This document shows positions 28,820 through 39,349 of a stretch of 64,000 nt of DNA, one piece after another (position 1 is the first letter of the stretch; the number at the start of each line of letters is the position of its first letter). The notes beneath the pieces are model-generated. The model was not told the origin of the DNA, did no database searches, and saw only the letters and a list, made by a program, of their open reading frames with translations. The position numbers were made by a program, and so were the translations under genes. Source of the stretch: a virus (taxonomy: Duplodnaviria; Caudoviricetes); the IMG/VR virus record IMGVR_UViG_3300031760_000001, positions 128,001 through 192,000 of that record, one strand, 5' to 3'.

Positions 28820-29409
28820 CTGGATATGAATTCCAAGAAAAATATGGAAAATATCTTACGGAAGCTAAAAAAGACGAAGACGAGGCTGCAAAAGTGATTG
28901 AAAACGCATTCGGTGGCAAATGTTATCACACCACACCAGAAATTGATGTGAAATGCCACACTGATTTAATTTGGGAATCACCTAAAGGTTATTTGTGTGC
29001 AATAGATAAAAAGGCTCCAAAGAAAATAAGCAGAAGTGATACAAAAGCAAGTAAATTTGCTGAGTGGTTTGAGGTACAGAATGTGAACGGTGACCCAGGT
29101 AGTGCAACACCAATGGTTAAAAATCTCGCTAAATACGGTATTATGATTTCAAGTAGTCATGATTATATTATGCAGGAAGCAGGTGATTCATATTTATTCC
29201 TCCAGAGATACAAATTAATGGAACTAATTAAGGAAAACACCGACTTGGAACATCCAGTTCACAAGAACCCCAAAAAACCGTATATTGCATATCAAAGGGA
29301 AAACAGGAAAGACATCATAGTTTTGGTGCCAATTGAAGATTTGGATAAAATTAAACATTTCGGTATTTATAAAAATTTATTGGAAGATAAAAAAGAAAAA
29401 TATAATTAA
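28816..29409 (+). CDS. PD-(D/E)xK nuclease-like protein
   Basis: EIDVKCHTDLIW...AIDKKAPKK...WFEVQNVNGDPG. Confidence 0.55.
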   Translation: MTGYEFQEKYGKYLTEAKKDEDEAAKVIENAFGGKCYHTTPEIDVKCHTDLIWESPKGYLCAIDKKAPKKISRSDTKASKFAEWFEVQNVNGDPGSATPMVKNLAKYGIMISSSHDYIMQEAGDSYLFLQRYKLMELIKENTDLEHPVHKNPKKPYIAYQRENRKDIIVLVPIEDLDKIKHFGIYKNLLEDKKEKYN

Positions 29410-29411
29410 TT

Positions 29412-29837
29412 ATGGCATTTGATGAATTGAAAGTTGAGGAAATAAACACGGTTGTGTATGTAAAGAACCTTGGTACTGAGATAGACGGTACCAATATATA
29501 CCACTTTTATCTTTCAAGTAACCCTGACGAGGTTTTTGCTGAAGGATGGGGTGATATTCCAGCCTGTAATGTTCCAAGAAAGTTAATAGATTTGGATGAA
29601 TCTATGTATGAACATGTAGTTGAGGTTAAAACTGATATTGTGTTGGATTTGGCACAGAATTGCTGTTGTTTTTCAATGCAGGATTCAAGGGATAACATAA
29701 TAGCCTTAGCTTATGAGAACCTTGACAACGCAGAAGAATACCCAGACCCAAGGATAATAATCCATTTTGGTGACAATATTGATAGTGTTGAAGAAATGTT
29801 TGCTAAGAGAGATGTTGTCTTAAAGTATCTTGATTAA
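29412..29837 (+). CDS. Hypothetical protein
   Basis: 141-aa ORF in an operon. Confidence 0.65.
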   Translation: MAFDELKVEEINTVVYVKNLGTEIDGTNIYHFYLSSNPDEVFAEGWGDIPACNVPRKLIDLDESMYEHVVEVKTDIVLDLAQNCCCFSMQDSRDNIIALAYENLDNAEEYPDPRIIIHFGDNIDSVEEMFAKRDVVLKYLD

Positions 29838-29876
29838 TTTAAAACGAAATTATATATTAATATTAAATTTATAAAA

Positions 29877-30470
29877 ATGAATACATATTTCACAATAAAT
29901 GGAACGCCTTATGAGCGTAGATGTTTTAGTAATAAAGAGGTTGCTACAGAGGTACTTCCGCGTTTATATGGAAGAGCAATCGAAAAATTGACTTATGGTG
30001 AATTGAATATTATCACTAATATGTTAAATTATGGTTGGACTTTGTTACCGCGATATAATGAGGATTTTATTGATGATGGTGTTGGTAACATGTATTTAAA
30101 CCCAGATTATTCATGGTTTACTTTATGGTGTGATGATGAGACTGATTTACATCAGTATACTTGTAAAATTACTTATGATACCAACCTTGTTAGGTTATAT
30201 GATGACCAACGTTTAGTTGCTACATTTATGACTATCGATGATATGTTTAAGTGTATGAAACAACTTGAAAAAACAGAACCGATTAAAATTAATAGGTATA
30301 CTAATACAAATATCGATAAAAATTTGGAAAGTTTTGATATTTATGGTATTGATGACGAAATATTTCAAAAAAAGACAGAGGTTTTTGAAAATATAGATAA
30401 TACTGACATTGATTTTAAATTAGACACAGATAAGTGTTATGAAATAAAACTTAAAAAAGCTGAAGAATAA
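29877..30470 (+). CDS. Hypothetical protein
   Basis: 197-aa ORF. Confidence 0.6.
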   Translation: MNTYFTINGTPYERRCFSNKEVATEVLPRLYGRAIEKLTYGELNIITNMLNYGWTLLPRYNEDFIDDGVGNMYLNPDYSWFTLWCDDETDLHQYTCKITYDTNLVRLYDDQRLVATFMTIDDMFKCMKQLEKTEPIKINRYTNTNIDKNLESFDIYGIDDEIFQKKTEVFENIDNTDIDFKLDTDKCYEIKLKKAEE

Positions 30471-30471
30471 T

Positions 30472-30888
30472 ATGCATATCAATGATAAACTAAAAGACTA
30501 TGTTCCATATGAACAAATGTCTGACTATGAAAAACGACAAGTGGACATGCTTGTTGAACAATATAAAAATGGTTCGTTAAACAGTGATTATGGTGGTATA
30601 TCGCATAACGATGTTGACCGTTTCATCAATACCAGATTAAATCTTGAAGAAATGCACCGCATTAATGAAAAAATCATAGAGGGTGAAAAATCAAAGAATT
30701 ATGAAGCCAATGAAATGAGATATCAGCTTTTTGAGGATAGATGGAAAAATGGTTTCTATGGAAACGATAGGCGTGAAATTCCAAGTAAAGAGGATAGTTC
30801 AGAAGTAAAACAACTTAAGGATGAAGTAAAGTCTCTTAAAGGTGACATTAATGAACTGAAAGAACTGTTAAAGGAAAAACTTAAATAA
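30472..30888 (+). CDS. Hypothetical protein with C-terminal coiled coil
   Basis: EVKQLKDEVKSLKGDINELKELLKEKL heptads. Confidence 0.6.
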   Translation: MHINDKLKDYVPYEQMSDYEKRQVDMLVEQYKNGSLNSDYGGISHNDVDRFINTRLNLEEMHRINEKIIEGEKSKNYEANEMRYQLFEDRWKNGFYGNDRREIPSKEDSSEVKQLKDEVKSLKGDINELKELLKEKLK

Positions 30889-30926
30889 GACCGTGTGGAG
30901 GAAGTTTCTAATATATGAATAACAGA

Positions 30927-30952
30927 AAAGGGTGTCAAAATTGACACCCTTT
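30927..30952. terminator. Bidirectional terminator between convergent genes
   Basis: AAAGGGTGTCAA-AA-TTGACACCCTTT. Confidence 0.8.
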
Positions 30953-30975
30953 ATTATTTTACTTAACCTGAAAGG

Positions 30976-31587
30976 TTATTTTTTTAAATTTTCATTAATA
31001 TAGTTACTAACTATTCTATCTACCATTTCTTCCATTGCTTGATTCTGTGGTTGTTGATTAGCTGGAGGATTTGATATACTCTGAGTGAAAGACTGTGGTT
31101 GTTGTTGAGGTTGCTGTTGCTGTGGTTGTTGCTGATTACCACCACTAATTTTATTTATAAGATTTTGACTTCTTGTATTTTTTGCTTGTTGTGTTGTATT
31201 TTGCGCTGTATTATAATTATTTTGTGCATTAGTAGCATTTTGACCTGCAGATTGAACAGCTTTCTGAATCTGTGCAATTAACATATTCAAACCCTGTTTA
31301 ATATTAAAGTCACCATATCTTTGTTGCATATTATTAAGATATGCTAAATCTTTTTGACTAGCGTTTGTAATTTGTTTATTGGTTTTATTAGCTGTACGCA
31401 TGGTTTGTTTTGCTTGTTTTTGTGCTTCTTTAGCGTTCTGAACACCAGCATCGTTTCTATAATTACTATAGGCTTGTTTTGCACCTCTGAACATATCGCC
31501 AAAGAATCCTTCATTCATGTTTTCATTGATTGCCCTAACAACCATATCTCTTAACTGACTTTCAGTTATAGTAATATTTTGTTTCAT
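30976..31587 (-). CDS. Q/N-rich putative internal virion protein with targeting-like peptide
   Basis: MKQNITITESQLRDMVVRAINENMNE; QQQPQQQQPQQQPQ; TATTTAT at 31622-31628. Confidence 0.6.
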   Translation of the reverse strand: MKQNITITESQLRDMVVRAINENMNEGFFGDMFRGAKQAYSNYRNDAGVQNAKEAQKQAKQTMRTANKTNKQITNASQKDLAYLNNMQQRYGDFNIKQGLNMLIAQIQKAVQSAGQNATNAQNNYNTAQNTTQQAKNTRSQNLINKISGGNQQQPQQQQPQQQPQSFTQSISNPPANQQPQNQAMEEMVDRIVSNYINENLKK

Positions 31588-31643
31588 ATTGTTATAATAT
31601 ATTTTAATTCATTATTCTATTATAAATATCATTCAATTTTAAA

Positions 31644-32819
31644 TTATTTTATATAAATTCCTAAAGGAACTGCACGTCTTATTTCTATCAAATTCTTTAC
31701 TAAACCAGCCTGTTTCTCCATTTGGTCATATGGACTTAATCTGGTTAATCTTTCAGTCAATGCTGTCATTGCCTCTTTTTTCTCATTCTGACCGAATGTT
31801 ATCAACATATTGTAGTCCATTGTTAGATTGCTTGCAACCATATTAATGTTACCTGAGAATTTACCTCTAACAAAACCGAGTGTTTCAGCAGCCTCACCAA
31901 CAAGCAATTGTCTGACGATTGTTTTTGACGGGTCATTCAGGAAAGCAAAATCCATTTTACTTAAAGGTATCTGGTCAGGTGACAAAAGGACATCACTGCC
32001 ACTTCCGCCAAGCAAACCGCCGTTTACCAGCAAATCATCACATTCTTCCTGACTTTTGTTTGATGTGTCATAGTAAGTATACCAACAATATGCAGGATGT
32101 CTGCGACCGAATCCACCCATTTTTTCAAACCTGCCACCAGGGACAGACTCAAGATGAATCAAGTGTGTTCCGTCAGGTCCTGCCGTTACCTTGTAAACCA
32201 AGTCACAGCCAAGGAATTTATTTTTTTCCTTCATATCAGCCGAAACCAAGGCAACATCATAAAGAGGCATTGCATACAATCCACCGAAACCAGCACCAGC
32301 CATACCAGCGAAAGCAGCACCACCACCCAAACCAAGTTGACCGATTACACTTCCGCCAAAGCCAGCTGTAATACCACCGTAATTGGCAAATAATGCGGGG
32401 TCAGTTGTCGGGTTTGTAACATAAAGGACTTTGTTGATTTCCCTACCAGCTGGAATTACATAAACCTGTCTGCCTGGTTCAATTTCAAAAAAATCTTTTT
32501 TCAACTCCCAAGGACCACGTTGCTGCAGACCAACTTCTTTTGAAAAATAATATGAAAACTCCTTTGACATATCTAGGGTTCTGACAGATAAAGCCCAAGC
32601 CCAGTCAGCGTTTGTCATTGAACTTAACCCTGTTTTACCATATAACGATGCCCAGTTGCTCTCGATAATGAAGTTCTGAATCTTTTCAGAATAGTTTCTC
32701 TGTGCAATTTCTAGTAAACTGCACAACATTTCATCAGTAAGTTCAACTTTACGGATTGGGGCACCCAATTTATGTCTCACTAATTCAAATAATTCTTTTT
32801 TTTCGTTGTCGATTATCAT
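31644..32819 (-). CDS. Neck/head-tail adaptor protein (T4 gp13-like)
   Basis: LFELVRHKLGAPIRKVELTDEML...GRQVYVIP...ETLGFVRGKFSG...LTMDYNML...VPLGIYI. Confidence 0.75.
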   Translation of the reverse strand: MIIDNEKKELFELVRHKLGAPIRKVELTDEMLCSLLEIAQRNYSEKIQNFIIESNWASLYGKTGLSSMTNADWAWALSVRTLDMSKEFSYYFSKEVGLQQRGPWELKKDFFEIEPGRQVYVIPAGREINKVLYVTNPTTDPALFANYGGITAGFGGSVIGQLGLGGGAAFAGMAGAGFGGLYAMPLYDVALVSADMKEKNKFLGCDLVYKVTAGPDGTHLIHLESVPGGRFEKMGGFGRRHPAYCWYTYYDTSNKSQEECDDLLVNGGLLGGSGSDVLLSPDQIPLSKMDFAFLNDPSKTIVRQLLVGEAAETLGFVRGKFSGNINMVASNLTMDYNMLITFGQNEKKEAMTALTERLTRLSPYDQMEKQAGLVKNLIEIRRAVPLGIYIK

Positions 32820-32844
32820 AATCTTCGTGCAATTTATTATAATT

Positions 32845-32886
32845 ATAAATATTTATTGTTATAATAATTTAATGTATTATATTTAT
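32845..32886. promoter_or_regulatory. Divergent promoter region: palindromic ATAAATATTTAT plus a second TATTTAT
   Basis: 32845-32856 reads TATTTAT on both strands between divergent genes; another copy at 32880-32886. Confidence 0.55.
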
Positions 32887-32891
32887 ATAAT

Positions 32892-33296
32892 ATGGCACAG
32901 TATTTTTCTATAAATAGAGGCTCCGAACTACCGAAATTGCGTGTAGAACTTATTCAGGACGGTAAAACCGACTTCCGTAAATTCTATCTTGCAATTCAGG
33001 CAGCTGACTCTGTATCCTTTACTATGACAAACCTTGAAACTGGTATCAAAAAGATTGCCAAGGCACCAGCTGAGGTTGTCTATGATGAAAATTCTGGTTG
33101 TGAGGAAAGGTATCTTCTCCAATACACTTGGAAAAAGAGGGATACAAATGAAAGTGGTACCTTTATAGGTCATTTCCATATCAATTTCAATGACCAGGTT
33201 GTCGCTGACGGTATGGTTTTCCCAAAGGGTGAATTGATTGTGCCGATTGAAGAAGATATTGTAATAATCGTGAAAGACTCTTGTATAAAAAAATGA
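32892..33296 (+). CDS. BppU N-terminal-like Ig-fold virion protein
   Basis: FSINRGSELPKLRVEL...VSFTM...LQYTWKKRDTNESGTFIGHFHINF...LIVP. Confidence 0.6.
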   Translation: MAQYFSINRGSELPKLRVELIQDGKTDFRKFYLAIQAADSVSFTMTNLETGIKKIAKAPAEVVYDENSGCEERYLLQYTWKKRDTNESGTFIGHFHINFNDQVVADGMVFPKGELIVPIEEDIVIIVKDSCIKK

Positions 33297-35623
33297 ACAT
33301 AAATGAGGTTATAAATAAAATTGTTAGAAAGTTGTTAAACGAAACATATTTTAACACCGATTCTGTATCAGGACCGTATAAAGCTAACCGTACTATACAG
33401 TTGTTACATGACTATATAAATTCATTTCCACCACGTACAAGCAATTTTGTCATACCATATGTAAATTTAAATCCTAAACAGAAAAATATTTTAGCTTTAA
33501 TTGCTGAATGTAATGGAACTACACTTCAAAAAGTTCTTGATACTGTATATTACAGATATGCAAAAGTTAAAACAACAAAAGACATTGCCATTGTTCCAGA
33601 TGATTTTCTAGGTGAATTCTTAACAGCTGACACAAGGGAAAATGTTTATGTGACACAAGGCGAAAGAGACTCAGAAGCACAATTTGGTATGGCTTTAGTT
33701 GTTGGCAAATATTTAAACGATTTCAGAAACAGAATTGATTATGTACATTTTATTAAATATCTTAGTAAAGCATTAATAAAGTCTTATATAACCTGTATTG
33801 AGTCGCAATTAAAAAACCGTGTTGACTCACCATTAAGAAGTGACTTGTTCTTACCTACTGCTGGTAATAGTGTGTCATATAATGATGCTTTTAAAAATCA
33901 AGAAGAAAATATTTTACAAACAATACTTAATGATAAAAATATACGTTTAAAACCACAGGAAAGAACTATATTGCAAGCCTTTATGGAAGTTTGTGGTTCT
34001 AGTTTAAGTCCTGAAAACCTGGAAGCTTTGGCTGATTACCATGATACCAGAATAGCTAAAGGCAGCGATGGCAAATACGCTAAAGAAACCCAAGTGATAT
34101 ACAAAGAAATATCTGAAAGAACTGGAGTACCTCCTATTACTGTTGCAAAAGTGTTAAGTGGTATAATTAGCCAACTTAAAAAAAGTAAATATTCTAATTA
34201 TAACTGGAATTCTAATTTAAACATAGTTTCACCAAATGCACAACAGCCAGAACAAATTACCAACAACGTTCCTACTACACAACCAAAACAGGCTACTAAT
34301 AGAGTACCTAATCCACAGCAGACTTTCACACAAAAAATAACAAAAGCTGCTCCAGTTCAACAGCAGCCAACACAAAAACTAAGACCTAAAAAGAAACCAA
34401 ATAATTATACTATTAGTGGTGCCACACCAACCGATAATTATACCACTATGACTGAATCGAATAATAAAATCCAAAATAAAAACAAAATGAGAAAAAAAAT
34501 ACAATTAACCGAAAGTGTATTGAAACAAATGATTATCCGTGCAATTAACGAATCATTATATGAAGTAGGTAAACCAGTAAGCGCTTGGGAAAGCATTAAA
34601 AATTGGGCTTTTGCTGTTAGAAATGGAGCAGACCCAATTCATTGTAAGGAATTTAATGATTTTTATAAAATAATTATTGAAAACCCTTATTGTGAAAACG
34701 CTGTAAAAATGGGGTTTGCTTATGAAAGTAAAAATCAGAGTACTGTTGGTGGTAATACAACACTGAATATTGATAAAATGTTTGCAGTAACACCAAAAAT
34801 CGCTAGCGATGTTCTTACTGATTTTCTTACTGGCGAGAACTGCGTGGTAACAGATTTTCATACGAAAGATGGTGAAACTGTTGCTACAAAACCAGACTCA
34901 TTCGTCGGTGATAATGTGATTAAATGTGCAAAAGCTGCATTAAATGGTGAGACAAGCGACTTTTTCAATGTTCTTTGCAAACAACTTAGAACTTACGGTG
35001 CCCACTATTGTAGAAAACATTATGGCGAATTGTCAATGCAATGGGGTCTGGGTGCACAACAAATCGGTGGTGATAAATCAAATGCACTTGAAGATGAAGA
35101 AGATAGTGATTACACGGAAGATTTCAATGAACCAGGAAAAGATATTGAAATAGACGCTGGCAACAAGGTTGAAAGAGACCCATATTCAGGCGAAGAAGTT
35201 GACGACTCAAACGTTGGTTTTGATAAAGCGGCTGATGTAACTTCAGTTAAAAATGACTATGACGCACGTATGGTCAGACAACTTAGAAAAATCATTAACG
35301 ACCCACAAACCACTTTAGCACCACAAGAGAAAAAGGTTTTAAAGGCTATAATCTATATCAAATCACATGGCGTTAGTGACGACAGACTTGAGAAAATGCA
35401 AGGTGCATCTGAAACCCAGCAAAGACTAATATTATACGACCAAGTGGGAGAAATGCTTGGAATGCCTGTTATTAATGTCCAAAGAAGTATTTCATCTGCT
35501 ATTAGTAAAGCTAGACAAAGTAAACTAGCTAAAATGAATAATGTTGATGAACAAAGAAAGCAAAAACTCAATCAACTTATCAATGAGGTAATCAGAAAAG
35601 TTATGAAAAAATATTTAGGATAA
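33293..35623 (+). CDS. Tandem sigma-region-4/HTH-like protein with three targeting-like peptides
   Basis: ATG 33293 overlaps the upstream TGA. Two homologous halves end in L.PQE..(I/V)L.A and ETQ...Y..(I/V).E..G.P.I.V....S..IS....SK. Confidence 0.55.
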   Translation: MNINEVINKIVRKLLNETYFNTDSVSGPYKANRTIQLLHDYINSFPPRTSNFVIPYVNLNPKQKNILALIAECNGTTLQKVLDTVYYRYAKVKTTKDIAIVPDDFLGEFLTADTRENVYVTQGERDSEAQFGMALVVGKYLNDFRNRIDYVHFIKYLSKALIKSYITCIESQLKNRVDSPLRSDLFLPTAGNSVSYNDAFKNQEENILQTILNDKNIRLKPQERTILQAFMEVCGSSLSPENLEALADYHDTRIAKGSDGKYAKETQVIYKEISERTGVPPITVAKVLSGIISQLKKSKYSNYNWNSNLNIVSPNAQQPEQITNNVPTTQPKQATNRVPNPQQTFTQKITKAAPVQQQPTQKLRPKKKPNNYTISGATPTDNYTTMTESNNKIQNKNKMRKKIQLTESVLKQMIIRAINESLYEVGKPVSAWESIKNWAFAVRNGADPIHCKEFNDFYKIIIENPYCENAVKMGFAYESKNQSTVGGNTTLNIDKMFAVTPKIASDVLTDFLTGENCVVTDFHTKDGETVATKPDSFVGDNVIKCAKAALNGETSDFFNVLCKQLRTYGAHYCRKHYGELSMQWGLGAQQIGGDKSNALEDEEDSDYTEDFNEPGKDIEIDAGNKVERDPYSGEEVDDSNVGFDKAADVTSVKNDYDARMVRQLRKIINDPQTTLAPQEKKVLKAIIYIKSHGVSDDRLEKMQGASETQQRLILYDQVGEMLGMPVINVQRSISSAISKARQSKLAKMNNVDEQRKQKLNQLINEVIRKVMKKYLG

Positions 35624-35648
35624 AACCTTGAAATATAAAACAACAATT

Positions 35649-35678
35649 AAACGGGACTTTTTTAGTTCCGTTTTTTTT
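35649..35678 (+). terminator. Intrinsic terminator
   Basis: AAACGGGACT-TTTTT-AGTTCCGTTT followed by T run. Confidence 0.75.
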
Positions 35679-35782
35679 ATCCATTTCAATAAAATTTGTA
35701 TATTTATAATTAAGAAATTCATATATGATGTCTATTCAATAGACTTAACTATATGTTATAATTAATTAAAATATAACTTATT

Positions 35783-38700
35783 ATGTCAGAATTAAAAAGA
35801 GCTAAAAAAGCCTCTAACGAGGAGGTTGATGCCTTTTTGAAAGGCTCAGACCCACAGGAACATATCATTAAAATCGAGTGTGGGTACGACGATTCCAAAG
35901 CCACGGTTATATGGCGTGACGAAAATTTCCAAAAACATTATTCTTTACAAAATTTTTATCCTTTCTGTTGGGCAAAACAGGAGGCTGGCAGACTTATGTT
36001 CGGTGGTGACCGAACCAAACTGAAACTGGAAATGGTTAACAGGGGTATAAGCTGCAAGGGTCTGACTGTTGCTAATGAAAACGGCGAAGTTCCTGAACGA
36101 ATGGCAAACGGATACCGTGTCCTGTTTTATGCAACAAGACCGATGTCCAATAAGGAGTTCAGTAAGTTTTTCGATGATGCAAAAGTTCCTCTCAAACCGA
36201 AAGAGCGTGACAAAACTTACGGTAAAAATTTATATAAAACCTGTGCGCCTAATGAACAGTTTATGATTGCAACAGGCAAACGTTTGTTCAAAGGATATGA
36301 GTCATATGATGATTTGCTGCGTATGCAATTCGATATTGAGACCACTGGTCTTGATAAAAAACACGATTTGATTGACCAGATTGGTGTCCGCACAAACAAG
36401 GGTTTTGAAAAAATTATACAGGTTGATGGTGACACTGTTGATGAAAAACTTGAAAACGGTAGAAAAGCCATTAACGAAATGTTTGATGATATTGACGAGA
36501 TTGACCCAGATGTTATAGCTGGATATAACAGTGAGGATTTCGATTTCGAGTTTTACGATGTCTTCCTAAGAGAACATTTTGGTGTGGAAATGGTAGATGA
36601 AACCAAACGCAGGACGCTTAAAAACGGTTGCTATAAAAAGAAACAACAATCTGTCCTTAAACTTGGTGGTGAAATGGAATATTATTATCCAACCGTTATC
36701 TGGGGTAAACATATTACTGACTGTCTATTTTCAGTTAGACGTGCACAAGCGCTTGACTCAAATATGAAAAAGGCTACCCTTAAATATGTGACCAAGTATT
36801 CAAAAATCAATAAGAAAAACCGTGTATACGTACCTGGTAAGATAATTACAGAGACATGGAATATTACAGAACCAGTATTTGCTTTTAATAATAATAACGG
36901 CGATTGGTATCGTGTAACAGAAAATCACCCACTGAAAGATGGATATGAAATGCAAACTGGTCGTTATATTGTGCAACGTTATTTGCTTGATGATATCTGG
37001 GAAACTGACAAGGTTGAATTACGTTACAATGAATCTAACTTCCTTGTGGGTAAAATGCTTCCAGTCAATTTTGAGCGTATGTGTACAATGGGTACCGCCA
37101 CTATCTGGAAGTATATTATGATGGCTTGGTCTTATGAACATGATTTGGCAATTCCATTAGAGACCAGTTCACGCTCATTCACTGGCGGTCTTTCGCGTTT
37201 GTTGACTGTCGGTTATATTCCAAACGTACAGAAACTTGACTATAACTCACTTTATCCGTCAATTATTCTTTCATTTGGTATTAAGTCGCCTATTGACATT
37301 TCTGGTGCTATGCCAGCTATGTTGGAATATATTCTTACCCAACGTGAGTATTTCAAGGGTTTGAAGGGTGATTACGGTAAACAGGCTAAGAAATATGGTA
37401 AACAATATGATGAAGAAGTTGAACAGCTTCGTCAGATTGAGGAATATATGGGGTTGGATGATAATGCCTTTGCTGTTGCAATTGCAAACAATGACCATTT
37501 AAGATTACTTAAAGAAAAACAGGAAGAAGCTTCAGCCCTTTCAACCAGGAATGACAAAATGCAGTTGCCTCTTAAGATTACTGGTAACGCTTATTTCGGT
37601 TCATTCGGTTCTGGTGGTGGCGTGTTTCCATGGTCTGATATTGACTGTGCTGAGGAAACCACTTGCTGTGGTCGTCAAATGCTTAGACTTATGTTGAAGT
37701 GGTTCACTGATTTAGGTTATCAGGGTATTGTTTGTGATACGGATGGTATGAACTTCAAACAACCTCCACAATTCAGATATACAGAGGAAAATCCGTATAT
37801 ATCCCCAGGTCTTAACCGTAATACCAAGAAAGGCGAGAAATATGTTGGTCCTTGGGCTGATTTGGCTGAGTTTAATGACTTGTTCATGCGTGTTAAGAAC
37901 GGTCTTGACATTGATGAGTTTGTTCCGTCATCCTGTTACTTGGCACGTAAAAATTATATGGACTTGCTTGATGTTGAAAAACAGACGGTGAAATTGGTTG
38001 GTAATACAATCAAGTCAAAGAAAATGCCAATCTATATTGAGAAATTCGTTGATGATGTTGTACGTGACCTTTTGAACGACCGTGGATATGAATATTTGGA
38101 AAAATATTATAATAAGATTGAAGAAATTTACAATCTGCGTATTCCTTTGAAGGACATTGCCACTGTTGGTAAAATCAAAACCAGTATCGAGGATTATAAA
38201 AAGAACTGTAACGAAAGAACTAAATCTGGCTCCAAGAAAGCTAGACAGGCTTGGTACGAGTTGGCAATCAAACACGGTCTTGATGTTCATATGGGTGATT
38301 CCATCTATTATATCAACACTGGTACCAAGAAGGGTGATTCAGATGTGAAACGTGTGACACATTATTATGAAATGATTAACGGAGTTAAAACCGATGTCAC
38401 CAAAAAATATGAAAAAGAGTGGAACGCACTTAAAAAACAGACTAAACTTGGTGATGCTGAAGCTCGTGCAAAGGTGTGGGATGAAACGGGTTCAAAACCC
38501 AAAGCGTTGAACCTTGAAAATTTCATCAAACGAAATTATCCAGATGTTTGGGATGAGGACGAAATTATCTTCAACTGTGTAATGCTTCCAAACAGTGTTG
38601 TTGAGGATGAAGAGGACCATTTCTGTGACGATGATTTTGAATACAATGTTGCAAAATACATTGAAATGTTCAACAACCGAATCAAACCGCACCTCGTCTG

Positions 38701-39292
38701 TTTTGACAAGAAAATCCGAATGAAACAGGTGGTGAACAAAAAAGGTGAACTTGTCGAGGAAAACAATATTATCATCACAAACCCGAAAGACAGGAAACAG
38801 TTTACCAGAGAGGAAACCAAACTTGTTTCAGGCCAACCATACAAGGAATCAGACCAGGATACATATGAACAGCTTATGACAATGGAAGACAAGGAAATTC
38901 GTTTCTGGATTTCCGTTGACAAGGAACCAGTCTACTGGCGTGAATGTGGTATGGATTGGGAACAAATCAAGAAGGAATACCTTGAACGCATGGAAATGCT
39001 TAAACGCGACGGCATCAGGGAAGAGGTTGAAGAATATGAGAAAATCATCAAGGGTGTTTCAGAATCGGATATTGACGCTTTGATTGTGGATGGAGTCATT
39101 CCTGAGGGTATTCTTGAATTCTGTGATTTCGATGCCGCCACTGGTGCATTTGTGTCAAAGAAATGGAATATAAAAATCGGAAGTATTTACGATATGCTTG
39201 ATGAAAATTTTGGTACTGAAACCGATGATGATGAGGAAGATTTGCAGAAAATATTCAATATGAAACCAATGGATGTTGAAATGTTGCAATAA
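35783..39292 (+). CDS. polB: Family B DNA polymerase with 3'-5' exonuclease
   Basis: ExoI FDIETTG, ExoII GYNSEDFDF, ExoIII YLLDD, motif A LDYNSLYPSII, motif B KITGNAYFG, motif C CDTDG. Confidence 0.95.
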   Translation: MSELKRAKKASNEEVDAFLKGSDPQEHIIKIECGYDDSKATVIWRDENFQKHYSLQNFYPFCWAKQEAGRLMFGGDRTKLKLEMVNRGISCKGLTVANENGEVPERMANGYRVLFYATRPMSNKEFSKFFDDAKVPLKPKERDKTYGKNLYKTCAPNEQFMIATGKRLFKGYESYDDLLRMQFDIETTGLDKKHDLIDQIGVRTNKGFEKIIQVDGDTVDEKLENGRKAINEMFDDIDEIDPDVIAGYNSEDFDFEFYDVFLREHFGVEMVDETKRRTLKNGCYKKKQQSVLKLGGEMEYYYPTVIWGKHITDCLFSVRRAQALDSNMKKATLKYVTKYSKINKKNRVYVPGKIITETWNITEPVFAFNNNNGDWYRVTENHPLKDGYEMQTGRYIVQRYLLDDIWETDKVELRYNESNFLVGKMLPVNFERMCTMGTATIWKYIMMAWSYEHDLAIPLETSSRSFTGGLSRLLTVGYIPNVQKLDYNSLYPSIILSFGIKSPIDISGAMPAMLEYILTQREYFKGLKGDYGKQAKKYGKQYDEEVEQLRQIEEYMGLDDNAFAVAIANNDHLRLLKEKQEEASALSTRNDKMQLPLKITGNAYFGSFGSGGGVFPWSDIDCAEETTCCGRQMLRLMLKWFTDLGYQGIVCDTDGMNFKQPPQFRYTEENPYISPGLNRNTKKGEKYVGPWADLAEFNDLFMRVKNGLDIDEFVPSSCYLARKNYMDLLDVEKQTVKLVGNTIKSKKMPIYIEKFVDDVVRDLLNDRGYEYLEKYYNKIEEIYNLRIPLKDIATVGKIKTSIEDYKKNCNERTKSGSKKARQAWYELAIKHGLDVHMGDSIYYINTGTKKGDSDVKRVTHYYEMINGVKTDVTKKYEKEWNALKKQTKLGDAEARAKVWDETGSKPKALNLENFIKRNYPDVWDEDEIIFNCVMLPNSVVEDEEDHFCDDDFEYNVAKYIEMFNNRIKPHLVCFDKKIRMKQVVNKKGELVEENNIIITNPKDRKQFTREETKLVSGQPYKESDQDTYEQLMTMEDKEIRFWISVDKEPVYWRECGMDWEQIKKEYLERMEMLKRDGIREEVEEYEKIIKGVSESDIDALIVDGVIPEGILEFCDFDAATGAFVSKKWNIKIGSIYDMLDENFGTETDDDEEDLQKIFNMKPMDVEMLQ

Positions 39293-39293
39293 G

Positions 39294-39324
39294 AAAAAGG
39301 AGGCTAATAAAAGCCTCCTTTTTT
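39294..39324. terminator. Bidirectional terminator
   Basis: AAAAAGGAGGCT-AATAAA-AGCCTCCTTTTTT-type stem between convergent genes. Confidence 0.85.
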
Positions 39325-39349
39325 GTTTTAATATTTGCTAAGTAAATTA

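Noticed and set aside
35783-39292. Intein or intron in PolB
   Set aside because: All motifs are contiguous; no C/S-start...HN-C/S/T intein ends or LAGLIDADG motifs seen; the insertions are short.
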